DNA from: an uncultured Chloroflexota bacterium
GTDB lineage: Bacteria > Chloroflexota > Dehalococcoidia > Lucifugimonadales > Lucifugimonadaceae
Direction: 5' to 3'
DNA length: 64,000 nucleotides
Assembly (NCBI GenBank): GCA_913042135.1
Contig: CAJWJL010000001.1
Location: 29,540 to 93,539 of the forward strand
Part shown: piece after piece, positions 1 through 10,408 of the stretch
Numbering within the stretch: the stretch's first letter is position 1
Layout of the letters: each line of letters begins with the position of its first letter
The notes under the pieces: generated by a model
Database searches by the model: none
What the model was told of the DNA's origin: nothing
What the model saw: the letters and a program-made list of their open reading frames with translations, nothing else
Made by a program: the position numbers and the translations under genes

Positions 1-6
1 GCTTTA

Positions 7-636
7 ATGTCCATTATCATTGAATGGATCGGTATGGTTTTCTTCTATCCAGAGCAGGGATACACCGGGTATGAACATGCTGAAGAAATGATGAGGAAAG
101 AAATTAGTTATCTGGGAAGCTCTCTCGATGGTGACTCCCTGAATGGTGAGGCTGTCCAGGCCGCGAGTGGGAAGGTTACCGATGTGGTAAATTTCCTTTT
201 CATTGATTCCGGGATAGTGGACATGCTGACTTCTGCAAAAACGCCGGACGCAAATGATGGTAAGTTCGTTCGGTTGGTCAAAGGGCTGATTGCTGAGTAT
301 TACAACTACTTTATGGCAGCCATTTACATTCTGATTATGTTCTTAATCCGACTGTCTATCCTGGTCCTATCAATACCGGCGTTTCTCCTGTTTGGATTAG
401 TTGGTGTCTCGGATGGACTGATGCAAAGGGATTTACGGCGTTGGTGTGGTGGCAATGAATCTGGGTACATCTATCACTGGGCCAAACGCTTTGCTATGCC
501 GGTTCTGATTATGGCGTGGGTAATCTATCTGGCCATCCCCAACAGCATACATCCTAACTTCATTATCACGCCTTTTGCTGTCCTGTTCGGACTTGTTTTG
601 ATGGTTATGACCAGCAAGTTTAAGAAGTACCTCTAA
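7..636 (+). CDS. ICE membrane protein, TIGR03747/DUF4400 family; probably 5'-partial (frame open to base 1)
   Basis: Motif RLSILVL...DGLMQRDLRRWCGGNESGYIYHWAK and C-terminal FKKYL; lies upstream of the RAQPRD gene. Confidence 0.85.
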   Translation: MSIIIEWIGMVFFYPEQGYTGYEHAEEMMRKEISYLGSSLDGDSLNGEAVQAASGKVTDVVNFLFIDSGIVDMLTSAKTPDANDGKFVRLVKGLIAEYYNYFMAAIYILIMFLIRLSILVLSIPAFLLFGLVGVSDGLMQRDLRRWCGGNESGYIYHWAKRFAMPVLIMAWVIYLAIPNSIHPNFIITPFAVLFGLVLMVMTSKFKKYL

Positions 637-663
637 GCGCAAAGACTTAATATTTACTCCCAC

Positions 664-690
664 AATGGCCGCGACTCAGCGGCCATTTTC
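664..690 (+). terminator. Probable intrinsic terminator hairpin
   Basis: aatggccgc-gactca-gcggccatt followed by ttc tt, just downstream of the stop at 636. Confidence 0.6.
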
Positions 691-701
691 TTATCAAAAA
701 A

Positions 702-767
702 GGGTCATCGAGTAATGACCCAATAAATCAGATTTCCTGCCTGCCCGTTTGTTCTAATTCCTACCAT
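702..767 (+). promoter_or_regulatory. Putative activator box GGGTCA-N8-TGACCC with -10 TACCAT 40 bp downstream (T4SS operon promoter)
   Basis: GGGTCA 702-707, TGACCC 716-721, TACCAT 762-767; the same architecture recurs at 23585, 27671, 43136 and 47746. Confidence 0.65.
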
Positions 768-797
768 CGCAATTCCACCTGAAATTCAAGTGACTCG

Positions 798-1112
798 ATG
801 ATGAACAAATTGATAACTCTTCTCCTGGTGAGCTTCGTGAGCCTTCCGCAGGTGTCTATGGCGGATGTATGGGCTGAGCGTGAAGCGCTGGCAAAAATTA
901 AAAATGAATTGGCTGCGCTGGAAGCCTTGGTGATGACCGCCAAGATGCGCAGTAACTTGAACGATCGGACGACGTTCGATTACCAGGTTCTGTTAGATGA
1001 CCTGAGAAAGATCCAAGCCGGAATTTCTCATCATCTGACGGTGCCGATGGAGCCAGTGGTTCCATCGTCCATCGATGCTCTCAGTAGTGACTATACGGAG
1101 CATCAAAAATGA
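798..1112 (+). CDS. RAQPRD-family (TIGR01690) ICE protein with signal peptide
   Basis: Signal peptide; FDYQVLLDDLRKIQAGISHHL motif; first gene of the MPF-G operon. Confidence 0.85.
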   Translation: MMNKLITLLLVSFVSLPQVSMADVWAEREALAKIKNELAALEALVMTAKMRSNLNDRTTFDYQVLLDDLRKIQAGISHHLTVPMEPVVPSSIDALSSDYTEHQK

Positions 1113-1348
1113 ACGCTGCTCAATCTGCTGCATTTGAAGAAGGCACGGGAGATTTCTTTACCGCTGCTGAACTTCTCTGGACTATCCAGGCAATCGGCAC
1201 AACGGCAGTGTTTCTTTATGTCGCTTGGCTGTGCTACCGCGCATACGACGACTATGGGGCGGAGGTCATTACTGCAAAGGACATGATAATCGTATGGTTT
1301 CGTGGTGTCTTTGTGATGATGGTACTCCTTTACCTACTTGTTAACTAA
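1109..1348 (+). CDS. ICE membrane protein TIGR03758/DUF3262 family
   Basis: MNAAQSAAFE N-terminus, two TM segments, synteny. Confidence 0.8.
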   Translation: MNAAQSAAFEEGTGDFFTAAELLWTIQAIGTTAVFLYVAWLCYRAYDDYGAEVITAKDMIIVWFRGVFVMMVLLYLLVN

Positions 1349-1381
1349 CCAACCTTCAAAGTACTTAAAGGAGTTAATCCT

Positions 1382-1753
1382 ATGAAAAACCTGATCGTAA
1401 CCTGCAAAGACAAGCTGGCCGCAGTGAAAACTACACTGGCCACTATGTTGTTCTTCGCCTTCTCCAGCGCTCACGCTGCTCTACCTGATACTGCTGACCC
1501 GACCAACGCGGCCGCTGATGGTGACTATATCGGCCTGTTGAAAGGTTATGCCTTTGACATCGCGATTGTTCTCGGCTTGGTACTTGGCACCATCGCTTTC
1601 TTGGCGGTCGCCAAGAACATGGTAGCTGTCTACAACGACATCGGTGCTGGCAAGAAAACCTGGGGTGACATGGGTATGCACGGCGGCATGGGCGTACTGC
1701 TTCTGGTATTCGTCGTCTACCTGCTGACTGAGGCAGCCGGGATCATCTTCTAA
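1382..1753 (+). CDS. ICE pilin-like membrane protein TIGR03745/DUF2976
   Basis: AHAALP processing site, two TM segments, YNDIGAGKKTWGD motif, synteny. Confidence 0.85.
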   Translation: MKNLIVTCKDKLAAVKTTLATMLFFAFSSAHAALPDTADPTNAAADGDYIGLLKGYAFDIAIVLGLVLGTIAFLAVAKNMVAVYNDIGAGKKTWGDMGMHGGMGVLLLVFVVYLLTEAAGIIF

Positions 1754-2160
1754 TGAAAGAACCTGGAATGAACGGACGAGAAATCGAGTTCATCCCCGAC
1801 CGGCTCATCGAAGAGCCGGTCGTCTTTCGGGGACTGACCGATACCGAGGTCGTGATGATTATCGTGGCCGCAATCATTTTCTGGATTCCCGTCTGTGTAA
1901 TCTTGCTCATTCCATTTGGTTGGGCGTTGTTCGGAGTGGGTATTGGCTTCGGCATGGCCATAGGCACTTTGCTGGTTGTGGGCAAATACCTTCAAGGCCT
2001 CAAGCGACGAATGCCTGACGGCTTGCATGTGGTGTACCTGAAAAAGCAAGCGCAGAAGAAATATTCATTTTTCAACTTCGGATACATCGAGACATCACAG
2101 AGTTGGGACATCCGACGAGATCAACCCGTTAAGAAAATCAACATGGAGCCCGAGGAGTAG
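1753..2160 (+). CDS. Conjugative transfer protein TIGR03750/DUF3487
   Basis: FIPDRLIEEPVVFRGLT motif, two TM segments, KRRMPDG. Confidence 0.85.
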   Translation: MKEPGMNGREIEFIPDRLIEEPVVFRGLTDTEVVMIIVAAIIFWIPVCVILLIPFGWALFGVGIGFGMAIGTLLVVGKYLQGLKRRMPDGLHVVYLKKQAQKKYSFFNFGYIETSQSWDIRRDQPVKKINMEPEE

Positions 2161-2165
2161 GCTAG

Positions 2166-2834
2166 ATGGCAAGATTAAAGAAAGCGTTAGATGGTCGGGA
2201 CTCTCACATTCTGACTCTGCGAATCCTTATCGGCATATTGGCAATTGCCTTGTTTTATTCAATTGCTGGATGGAAGGCCGCACCTGAACACATCAAGATT
2301 GATATTCCACCGGATCTTCGTTCTGGCTCAACACGCGGTATCCAGGAACGTCACCCTTTTAACGTCTACGCCTTCGGCTATTACATCTTCCAGCAAATGA
2401 ATAACTGGCCAGTGGAAGGCGTTGAAGATTACAAAAAGCAGATTAATCGCCTTAGCTGTTACATCACACCTCGCTTTAAAGGTGAGCTTGAGCGTGACTA
2501 CGAACAACGTCTGAAACGACATGAGCTAAACCGTACTCGTGCTCTTCAGGAAATGCCAGACCGTCCCTATACCGACAAGCGAGTGTACGTTGAGTCCGGT
2601 GATTCGTGGGTTGCCTTTTACGATGTGAATATCAAAGAGACATTCCGTTCAGAGATCGTGAAAGACATCTTTGTGCGTTACCCCGTTCGCATCGTTCGAT
2701 GGGATGTTGATCCTGAGTGCAACCTCTGGGGTTTGGCCCTGGACGGCTTCTATAAAAATCCGAAACGTCTTGAAGGTAACCAGCAAGAAAACGAAAACGT
2801 TCAGGACACGAGCGGCGAAGTGGCGGGAAGATAA
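2166..2834 (+). CDS. ICE protein TIGR03746/DUF2895 (PFL_4703 family)
   Basis: HILTLR, IPPDLRSGS, VYAFGYYIFQQMNNWP and NLWGLALD motifs. Confidence 0.9.
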   Translation: MARLKKALDGRDSHILTLRILIGILAIALFYSIAGWKAAPEHIKIDIPPDLRSGSTRGIQERHPFNVYAFGYYIFQQMNNWPVEGVEDYKKQINRLSCYITPRFKGELERDYEQRLKRHELNRTRALQEMPDRPYTDKRVYVESGDSWVAFYDVNIKETFRSEIVKDIFVRYPVRIVRWDVDPECNLWGLALDGFYKNPKRLEGNQQENENVQDTSGEVAGR

Positions 2835-2836
2835 CA

Positions 2837-3745
2837 ATGAAAAAACTACTTAATAAAGCAGCATTGATTGTCGCCGTGGTTGGGTTTTATAGCGGCTCGG
2901 CTTTAGCGACAGAAATCATTCACTACACCAATCTGCCAGTCACTATCGAACTGCGAAAGGGAGAAGAACGCAGTATTCAGTTTGGTGATCACGTTCAGGT
3001 AGGTATTACTAAAGGGCAGCAGATGAAAAAGCTGTTCCGGGTACAGTCGGCGCAGGGGGCGGTGCATTTTCTACCATATGAAGAGTTTGACAAGCAGCGT
3101 GTACAAGTTAAGCGGCTGACAGATGGCCGCGTCATTCTTCTCGACCTGATTGCTGGGAAGGAAGATCCGAATGCAAAGCCGTTGGAAGATATTCGGATAC
3201 TTCTGGAATCTGAAAACGTCGTTCCTGAAGATGAGCGTCAGGTATCAGATTCTCCGATGGACATCCCGGTTATTACACCAGTTGATTTGACTCGGTTTGC
3301 GGCACAACGACTATATGGACCAACGAGACTACATCGTGATCGTCCCGGAATCACTGAGACGACTTTGGGAGTAAAGGGAGCGGTTCGTGTCTTTAAGGGT
3401 GAGAACAAATACAAGACGTATTCCAAACCGATATTAGCCTACCAGGGTGGTGGTTATTATCTGGCAGCTATTCACATCAAGAACACCTCTGAAGATGAGG
3501 TAAAGCTGAACTACCTCGATCTCAATCTGCCGTTTTCTCACGCTACTTTCCAACATCATATGTTGTATCCAAACGGTACGCCGGGTGACAGCACTGTGCT
3601 GTACCTGATTTCAGAAAAGCCATTGAAGGAGACGCTTTACCCCTGGACCTACTATCAGGACCTCAAAGCGGAGGCTGAAGAAATCGCGCGACTTGAAGAA
3701 AAAGCGGAGGCGGAGAAGAAGCGCAACCGCCATAAACACAAGTAA
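2837..3745 (+). CDS. ICE protein TIGR03749/DUF3438 (secreted T4SS core component)
   Basis: Signal peptide; LRVQS..GAV-like segment, TPVDLTRFAAQRLYGPTRL, ATFQH, GDSTVLYL. Confidence 0.9.
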   Translation: MKKLLNKAALIVAVVGFYSGSALATEIIHYTNLPVTIELRKGEERSIQFGDHVQVGITKGQQMKKLFRVQSAQGAVHFLPYEEFDKQRVQVKRLTDGRVILLDLIAGKEDPNAKPLEDIRILLESENVVPEDERQVSDSPMDIPVITPVDLTRFAAQRLYGPTRLHRDRPGITETTLGVKGAVRVFKGENKYKTYSKPILAYQGGGYYLAAIHIKNTSEDEVKLNYLDLNLPFSHATFQHHMLYPNGTPGDSTVLYLISEKPLKETLYPWTYYQDLKAEAEEIARLEEKAEAEKKRNRHKHK

Positions 3746-3756
3746 GGGGCTTCGGT

Positions 3757-5247
3757 ATGAAATCAAATATTGTTATCAAAGCCTTGGCGGTCGTAATCGT
3801 CGTCATCCTTTTGGTTGTTGTGATGAAGGGCCGCAAGGAAAAGCAAGTTACCGCACAAGCGCCTGGTCAAGCGACTGAATTGACCGGGTTGTCTGCTATT
3901 GAGAGCGGTCCTGCACAACCGGACAACGGCCTCGCTATTGACCCACTTGAAGAGGGGTTTCTTGAAGAAGAGTACGGTGTAGACGTTGATAGTCCAGTTG
4001 AGACTATGAGAACGCTTACCAATGAAACTCGTGCGGTTCGCGAAGACTCAGTAAAGCTTCAGGAAGAGAACAAGCGTCTAAAGCAAGAGATCGACAAACT
4101 CCTGAAGATGGAGGAAAGCCTTAATAAGCGAATCAATAGCCGGTTTTCTAATGCAGAAAAAGATGCAGCGGAAAAGCAGCGCGAGCTGGAGCACACTCAA
4201 GATCTTACTCGTGGCCTGATCAGCAAACTCGAAAAGCGCCTTGAGGAGTTACAGCAGGGAGGCAAAGAAAAGGGCGGCAACACAACTGCGAACGGTTATG
4301 ACATTGGCAATGCCGGAATTCCAAGTGGTTTGGGATATGACGAAAACGGTATGCAGGTTGATTTTGATCAGGTTGTTTGGACGAATCCGATTGACGCCAA
4401 TGTGGACCCGCGTGATCCGACAAAGATCAGTCTTCCTGATTTCAGTGCAGCAGCAGAAGAAAATCTTCCAGCGTTAGCTAAAGGACCAACTAAGTCCAAG
4501 AAGCAAACCAAAGAAGAGCGGTCTGTCAAAGCTTACACCATTCCAATTAACGGTACCTTGATTGGCTCAGTTTCCATGACGGCCATGCTTGGACGTATTC
4601 CGATCAATGGTCAGGTTATCGACCCTTATCCGTTTAAGGTGATGGTGGGTGAGGAAAACCTGTCCTCCAACGGCATCCATATACCAGGTGTTACCGGCAT
4701 CAAAATGTCGGGCATTGCTAAGGGAGACTGGACCCTTTCTTGTGTGAGTGGGGAGATCACTTCCATGACGTTCACATTCCAGGATGGAACCATTGTGACC
4801 TTCCCGGAACCAGGTACAAAAACAACAGATCCGATCGCATGGTTCTCAGATAAGAATGGTATTCCATGCATTACTGGTCAGCGAATTACAAACGCTGCTT
4901 CATATCTGACATCTCGGGTAGGGCTTACCGCAGCCGCTTCATATGCAAATGCGGAAGCCGCAAGCCAGTTCACCACACAATCCAATAACAATGGCGGGTT
5001 GACCAGTGGGTTAACCGGTGATCCGAAGATTGTTGCCAAAAATACAGCTATTTCAGAAGGCCTTAACGAGGTGACTGATTGGCTGGATGCACGCCAAGAA
5101 AATTCCTTTGACGCCATCTATGTACCACCTGGTACCGAGCTGGCTATTCACATTTCAGAGGAATTAAAAATTGACTATGACCCAGAAGGTAGAAAGGTAA
5201 ATCACTATGCGAATATTAACCGTCGTTCTGACCGTCACCTTGATTAG
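3757..5247 (+). CDS. ICE protein TIGR03752 (VirB10/TraB-like)
   Basis: N-terminal TM, coiled coil, YTIPINGTLIGSVSMTAMLGRIP, GDWTLSCV, FDAIYVPPG, IDYDPEGRKV. Confidence 0.9.
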   Translation: MKSNIVIKALAVVIVVILLVVVMKGRKEKQVTAQAPGQATELTGLSAIESGPAQPDNGLAIDPLEEGFLEEEYGVDVDSPVETMRTLTNETRAVREDSVKLQEENKRLKQEIDKLLKMEESLNKRINSRFSNAEKDAAEKQRELEHTQDLTRGLISKLEKRLEELQQGGKEKGGNTTANGYDIGNAGIPSGLGYDENGMQVDFDQVVWTNPIDANVDPRDPTKISLPDFSAAAEENLPALAKGPTKSKKQTKEERSVKAYTIPINGTLIGSVSMTAMLGRIPINGQVIDPYPFKVMVGEENLSSNGIHIPGVTGIKMSGIAKGDWTLSCVSGEITSMTFTFQDGTIVTFPEPGTKTTDPIAWFSDKNGIPCITGQRITNAASYLTSRVGLTAAASYANAEAASQFTTQSNNNGGLTSGLTGDPKIVAKNTAISEGLNEVTDWLDARQENSFDAIYVPPGTELAIHISEELKIDYDPEGRKVNHYANINRRSDRHLD

Positions 5248-5620
5248 TATGTTGAGTGCCTGTGCTACCAAGGATTCCATTATTCCGGTACCAGAGCACG
5301 ACATGAAGGAAGTCTACAACAGACACATGCAGGGCATCGGGGATGGTGAACTGTATGACAAACGTTCGTTGATTCGTCGCCCAATGGTTGAGGGAGATGT
5401 GGTCTTGAGCGATTACGTCCGTACTGAGAAGACTCAGCTTGAAGCTCGATTCAAAACGCTTCCCAATCCAACCATGTACATGTTTGTTGCACCACACCTG
5501 GCTGCCGATACGCAAGTGCCGATTCCAGGCTATCTCACCGAATTCAAAATGTGGGAGCGGGAGCACTATGCGTTGCCAGGTGAGATCAGCGATATGAAAT
5601 CCAGCTTTGAGGGAGAGTGA
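5207..5620 (+). CDS. Conjugative transfer lipoprotein TIGR03751
   Basis: Lipobox LSAC; F.TLPNPTMYMFVAPHLA...PIPGY...HYALPGE. Confidence 0.9.
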   Translation: MRILTVVLTVTLISMLSACATKDSIIPVPEHDMKEVYNRHMQGIGDGELYDKRSLIRRPMVEGDVVLSDYVRTEKTQLEARFKTLPNPTMYMFVAPHLAADTQVPIPGYLTEFKMWEREHYALPGEISDMKSSFEGE

Positions 5621-8600
5621 GAATGAGTTTTGCGCAAAAGCTGAAGGAAGTTTTTATTCCGCCAAAAGACGATCAGGAGCCTGTTGCAAATCAGCCTCAG
5701 CCAGAAGCCGAGACTGAGGAACAGGTAGAAGGGAAGAAGAAACCTTTGACCTCGATGGACGCTGCTCGCATTTATGGCAGACCTTCGTCGTTTGTGCAGA
5801 AACTTCCCTGGTACGAGTTCCAAACAGAATCTCAGACCATCCTACTCGATGACGGCAAATCCGTAGGTGCTGTTTTCGACATAGTGCCGATTGCGACTGA
5901 AGGCCGTTCATACAACTGGCTCCAGGATCGTCGTGACATGATTCAAGATGCTCTTCAGGACTGCTTCGAGGAGCTTCCATCTGGGCCGTGGATCATTCAG
6001 CAATATACCTATGACGATGACAACATGGAGGAGTATATCGACAAACTCCGTGCTTATCCGAAGGCCTATTGCAAGGATACCAAGTACACCAAAGAGTGGC
6101 TGGACATCATGGAGGCGCACTTACGGGGCATCTGTAAGGAGGGCGGTCTGTTCGAGGATAAAGAAGTCCTTGATGCTCCTTGGGGAGGCAAGATCCGCCG
6201 CATCAAAATGGTGGTCTATCGCAGACTTCCGCCAAAGTGGAAATCTTATGCTGGCATGACGCCAGAAGAAGAGCTGAATGATGTAATCCAGAAACTGGAA
6301 ACCGCATTCAGGGATGCTGGTATTTCGCTGATCCGGAATAACGGGAAGATGTTCTACGAGTGGATGTTGGGTTGGTTCAATCCTCGTCCACTTCTGACGA
6401 ATGGCGATAAGCGTAAATTCCGTGAGTTGGCCAGCTACGTTGATGAAGATGATCTTCCCTACGGCGATGACCTAGCGGAAAGCCTGTTCTTCAATTTGCC
6501 GAAGTCAGACGCTGAAAATCAGACATGGACCTTTGATGAGCTGCCCCATCGCTGTATTCGCGTACACAAACTCCGTCGAACCCCAAAGATTGGCCAGATC
6601 TCAGGTGAAGTCGGCTCGGTGACACCAGATGGTGCTTCAACCGGCAAAGCCAGTTGCATGATGGACAAAATGCCTCCTGGTACCATTATGGCCACCACGA
6701 TCATCATTACTCCCCAGGATGAAGTTCAGAATCACATTAATCGTATCCAGGATAAGTCCAAGGGCGAATCTGTAGATGCGACTATGGCACGTAAGGACTG
6801 TGATATTGCCAAGAACCTCATGGGCAATAAACACAAGTTGTACCGTGCCATGATGTGTGTGTACATCCGAGGTGAAAACCTGAAGGATTTGCGCAAGAAG
6901 TCAAACCAGGTCAGCACAATGTTGCTGACCAATCAGTTAGCGCCAGTACGCGAAGAAGATGAATCTCTGGGTCTGGATGCCTACATATACAACCTGCCGA
7001 TGGTTTACGAGCCAAAGATGGATCGTAATTACAAAGCCACTCGTCCGGTCTGGTCTCAGCACCTGGCAAATCTTTCATCGGTCTTTGGCCGACATCGCGG
7101 TACCGGCAATCCCGGCCAGACCATGTATAACCGTGGCGGCGAACCAATATCATTCGATCCGTTCCATAGTCAGGACCGGAAGAAGAACGCGCATGGTCTG
7201 ATCCTCGGGCCTACTGGTGCGGGTAAGTCTGCATCGATTACCAATATGGCCTCACAAATCATGGCTTTGCTACGGCCTCGTTTGTACATCATCGAAGCCG
7301 GTAACTCCTTTGGACTTCTGGCGGACTATTTCGCTGACAAGGACATGACCGTTAACAAAGTGCAGTTGAAGCCCGGTGCTGGCGTAACGCTGCCGCCGTT
7401 CGTTGATGCGGACAAGTTGTTGGATGCAGACGAAGAGGAGCTTCTTGGCTCTCGAATCGTCAGTGACACCTCCATGATCACTGAAGATGACCTCAGAGCT
7501 CATATCCCTGAGAAAATTAAAATCGACGATACCTACAAAACCTATAACGAACTGACTGAGCTGGAGCGAAAGCACGTTCGAGATAAGGCCGCTATGGATG
7601 TCATCGCCGAGATGATGATGGCAGAAGACAGCGACGGTGACGATGAGGGAGATGAACAGCGGGACATTATGGGTGAGATGGAAATCATAGCCACACTCAT
7701 GATCACCGGTGGTGAAGAAGAAGAGGCTAAAAAGCTCACCCGTGCAGACCGTCGAATGATTCGGGATGCCATTCTCAATGGTGCAAGAAAAGCGCGGTCG
7801 GAAGGTCGCCGTACCATGACTTCAGATGTTGCTGATGGCTTCAGCATGATCAACAAAAATGACAACTACCCTGAGCACAGAAGAATGCGTGCTTTTGAGA
7901 TGGGTGAATCTCTGCGGATGTTCTGTGATGGCTTTGAGGGTGAAGTGTTCAACACCGATGGAGAAGCTTGGCCTGATACCGATGTGACCATCGTGGACTT
8001 GGCTACATTTGCCCGTGAAGGTTACAACGCCCAGCTTGCTATCGCATACACCTCCATCATGATGCGCATTAACAACCTTGCGGAGAAGCATCAACACGAT
8101 GAGCGTCCTATCGTTATGTTGACGGACGAGGGCCACATCATCACAACGAACCCGCTGTTGGCACCGTTTGTTGTGAAGGTCGTGAAAATGTGGCGTAAGT
8201 TGGGGGCCTGGTGGTGGGTAGCCACGCAGAACATGGCGGATTTCCCGAATGCAGCCAAGAAGATGCTCAACATGATTGAGTGGTGGATCTGCTTGGTAAT
8301 GCCTCAAGACGAGATTGAAGACATCGCCCGCTTCAAGAGTCTCAACGAAGAGCAGAAGCAACTCATGCTCTCTGCGAAGAAGGAACCCAAAAAGTACACC
8401 GAGGGGGTGGTTCTTTCGGAAAACATGGAAGCTCTATTCCGGAACGTACCGCCTTCACTTTTCCTCAGTCTTGCAGGGACGGAGAAAGACGAAAAAACAG
8501 AACGTGCCAAGTACATGAGGCAGTTTGGTATCACGGAAGTTGAAGCTGCTGAATATGTCGGTCGCATGATTGACTACTACCGTGGTATCGCTGAAAAGCC

Positions 8601-8775
8601 CGAAGACCCTAAGCCGCGCAAGGCTATGAGCAAGGAAAAAGCGTTAGCCAGAGAAACTCTCGCCCGTCTTGAGCGTGAGAGTGCTGCACTTTCAGAAGAA
8701 CAAGCAAATTCTGAAGTGTTGAAGGTATTGCAGGAAGATATTGAGGCTGACCAGGAAGAGGGAGTTTCTGTATGA
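5617..8775 (+). CDS. virB4: Conjugative transfer ATPase TIGR03744 (VirB4/TraC-like)
   Basis: Walker A GPTGAGKS; Walker B LTDEGHIIT; KMWRKLGAW..ATQN; KYTEGVVL. Confidence 0.92.
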   Translation: MRMSFAQKLKEVFIPPKDDQEPVANQPQPEAETEEQVEGKKKPLTSMDAARIYGRPSSFVQKLPWYEFQTESQTILLDDGKSVGAVFDIVPIATEGRSYNWLQDRRDMIQDALQDCFEELPSGPWIIQQYTYDDDNMEEYIDKLRAYPKAYCKDTKYTKEWLDIMEAHLRGICKEGGLFEDKEVLDAPWGGKIRRIKMVVYRRLPPKWKSYAGMTPEEELNDVIQKLETAFRDAGISLIRNNGKMFYEWMLGWFNPRPLLTNGDKRKFRELASYVDEDDLPYGDDLAESLFFNLPKSDAENQTWTFDELPHRCIRVHKLRRTPKIGQISGEVGSVTPDGASTGKASCMMDKMPPGTIMATTIIITPQDEVQNHINRIQDKSKGESVDATMARKDCDIAKNLMGNKHKLYRAMMCVYIRGENLKDLRKKSNQVSTMLLTNQLAPVREEDESLGLDAYIYNLPMVYEPKMDRNYKATRPVWSQHLANLSSVFGRHRGTGNPGQTMYNRGGEPISFDPFHSQDRKKNAHGLILGPTGAGKSASITNMASQIMALLRPRLYIIEAGNSFGLLADYFADKDMTVNKVQLKPGAGVTLPPFVDADKLLDADEEELLGSRIVSDTSMITEDDLRAHIPEKIKIDDTYKTYNELTELERKHVRDKAAMDVIAEMMMAEDSDGDDEGDEQRDIMGEMEIIATLMITGGEEEEAKKLTRADRRMIRDAILNGARKARSEGRRTMTSDVADGFSMINKNDNYPEHRRMRAFEMGESLRMFCDGFEGEVFNTDGEAWPDTDVTIVDLATFAREGYNAQLAIAYTSIMMRINNLAEKHQHDERPIVMLTDEGHIITTNPLLAPFVVKVVKMWRKLGAWWWVATQNMADFPNAAKKMLNMIEWWICLVMPQDEIEDIARFKSLNEEQKQLMLSAKKEPKKYTEGVVLSENMEALFRNVPPSLFLSLAGTEKDEKTERAKYMRQFGITEVEAAEYVGRMIDYYRGIAEKPEDPKPRKAMSKEKALARETLARLERESAALSEEQANSEVLKVLQEDIEADQEEGVSV

Positions 8776-9233
8776 CGCCCGTAAGATTTCTTTTTGTACT
8801 TCTGGTGCTTGGCTGCCAGTCGGTATTAGCCAATCCAATCAGTAATATCCGTGTATTCCAAACAGATGCTGTTCCTGTTCGAGAAGACCTCAAGCTGCCG
8901 CCCAACATGGTGGTTCATGTGTACAACATGGACACCAAAAACAATGCCACGGCCAAGCTCAACGAGATGGTGAAAGCCAAGCTTAGCTCGAATGTTGGGC
9001 CTTCAAATTATCGAGACGCCAATCAGCAGGCATTCAGTGAAGTACTTAATGGACCGCACTGGCGTTCGCTTTATGAAGAGATGGAAGAGGGTGGCGAGGC
9101 CATCGAGTACGCCATTCGATTCAGAATCAAAAAGCTGCCAGCCATTGTGTTTAACGACAAGTCAGTGGTCTACGGCGTTACCTCCTTACAAGAGGCGATC
9201 AGAATCTTCAACAACAAAGGGGGTGATAGATGA
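8772..9233 (+). CDS. ICE protein TIGR03757/DUF1525
   Basis: Signal peptide; C-terminal IKKLPAIVFNDKSVVYGV motif. Confidence 0.85.
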   Translation: MTPVRFLFVLLVLGCQSVLANPISNIRVFQTDAVPVREDLKLPPNMVVHVYNMDTKNNATAKLNEMVKAKLSSNVGPSNYRDANQQAFSEVLNGPHWRSLYEEMEEGGEAIEYAIRFRIKKLPAIVFNDKSVVYGVTSLQEAIRIFNNKGGDR

Positions 9234-10390
9234 AGAAACTACTGTTTGTCGTCATCGCGCTCTGTTTATCCGGCATGGCAGGTCAAGCATTCGCGTATCC
9301 GGATACATGGACGCAGTTTGACCCGAATGACCTTGATGCAGCTCGTGACCAGACTATGGGGAATACCCAGCAAATGCTGGAGGAGCGGGGGAGCGTTGAG
9401 TGTATTGCATGTCATGGTGAGACGAACGATCAATATGATGGAGTAATGAATACCCTGGAGATCAGTGAGGCTACCATGTCAGCGGCACTGTCCTGTATGA
9501 ACTGGGAGCTTCGCGGAATATGCGTTTGGATGACTTGTCTGGTTCCACCGGTATGCTCATTCAGTACCTCATTAAAGGTGAAGAACCATGTACCTGATCT
9601 GGTTATTCAGTCCTATGACCGGGCCAATGGCGAACCTTGGACGGAATCGCAGGATATTAACCAGGTTTCTCAGGGGGATGCCGATTCCTCATGGGTAACA
9701 ACCATCATCTCCTGGATTGAGGATTATAACGTTGATGATGTTGGTATCCGTGGTGGGGTGAGTACAGAGGCGAAGAAAGACCAGCACGCCAACCTCTACT
9801 TCAAGCTGGTGGATGCCTACGGTAACCCGTCGCTGATTGCGTATAACGCTTTAGCTCAAACCACATTTGGCCTTGTCTGTGCCGGACAGACGTTTCCGTT
9901 TTTCCCGTATTTCATATCCAACCTGGATTCCATTGCATGGCGTTGGGACGTGCCGGAGATGTTCTACCCGCAGTCATGGTTACCGCTGGTCAACACCTGG
10001 GATCTTGGTTCAGTGACCAACAACTATGGTGCAATTTACCCGCGCCACGGTTTTATGACGGCTCAAGACCCCTTGAAGGCAGGAGTGCTGTCCGCGTTCC
10101 GTGCGGCACATTTCATTACTCGCTCTGGTGAGCCTCATCTTTATTACACCATTGATAAAGCCGACCAGGACGGGTACTGGCCATCCGATCCATTGGACAA
10201 GGACAGAGAAGACACGGGTATTTGGCAGATGCTTTATCCTCGTACCGACAGTTCCTGCCAGCGTTTCCCGTATGGCGGTAATCCTTCGAGTAATCGGCGT
10301 TCTACTGATGGCAGCTATATCTGGAATTTCTGGAAGTCTTACAAGTGCTGTACGCGGCAAGGCCAGCAACTGATTTTTCATACGGGTTAA
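9230..10390 (+). CDS. traU: TraU-family protein TIGR03756
   Basis: Cys-rich GICVWMTC, PYFISNLD..AWR, IYPRHGF, WQMLYP, Y.CC motifs. Confidence 0.85.
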   Translation: MKKLLFVVIALCLSGMAGQAFAYPDTWTQFDPNDLDAARDQTMGNTQQMLEERGSVECIACHGETNDQYDGVMNTLEISEATMSAALSCMNWELRGICVWMTCLVPPVCSFSTSLKVKNHVPDLVIQSYDRANGEPWTESQDINQVSQGDADSSWVTTIISWIEDYNVDDVGIRGGVSTEAKKDQHANLYFKLVDAYGNPSLIAYNALAQTTFGLVCAGQTFPFFPYFISNLDSIAWRWDVPEMFYPQSWLPLVNTWDLGSVTNNYGAIYPRHGFMTAQDPLKAGVLSAFRAAHFITRSGEPHLYYTIDKADQDGYWPSDPLDKDREDTGIWQMLYPRTDSSCQRFPYGGNPSSNRRSTDGSYIWNFWKSYKCCTRQGQQLIFHTG

Positions 10391-10408
10391 TGAAGGGGAA
10401 CAACGACA

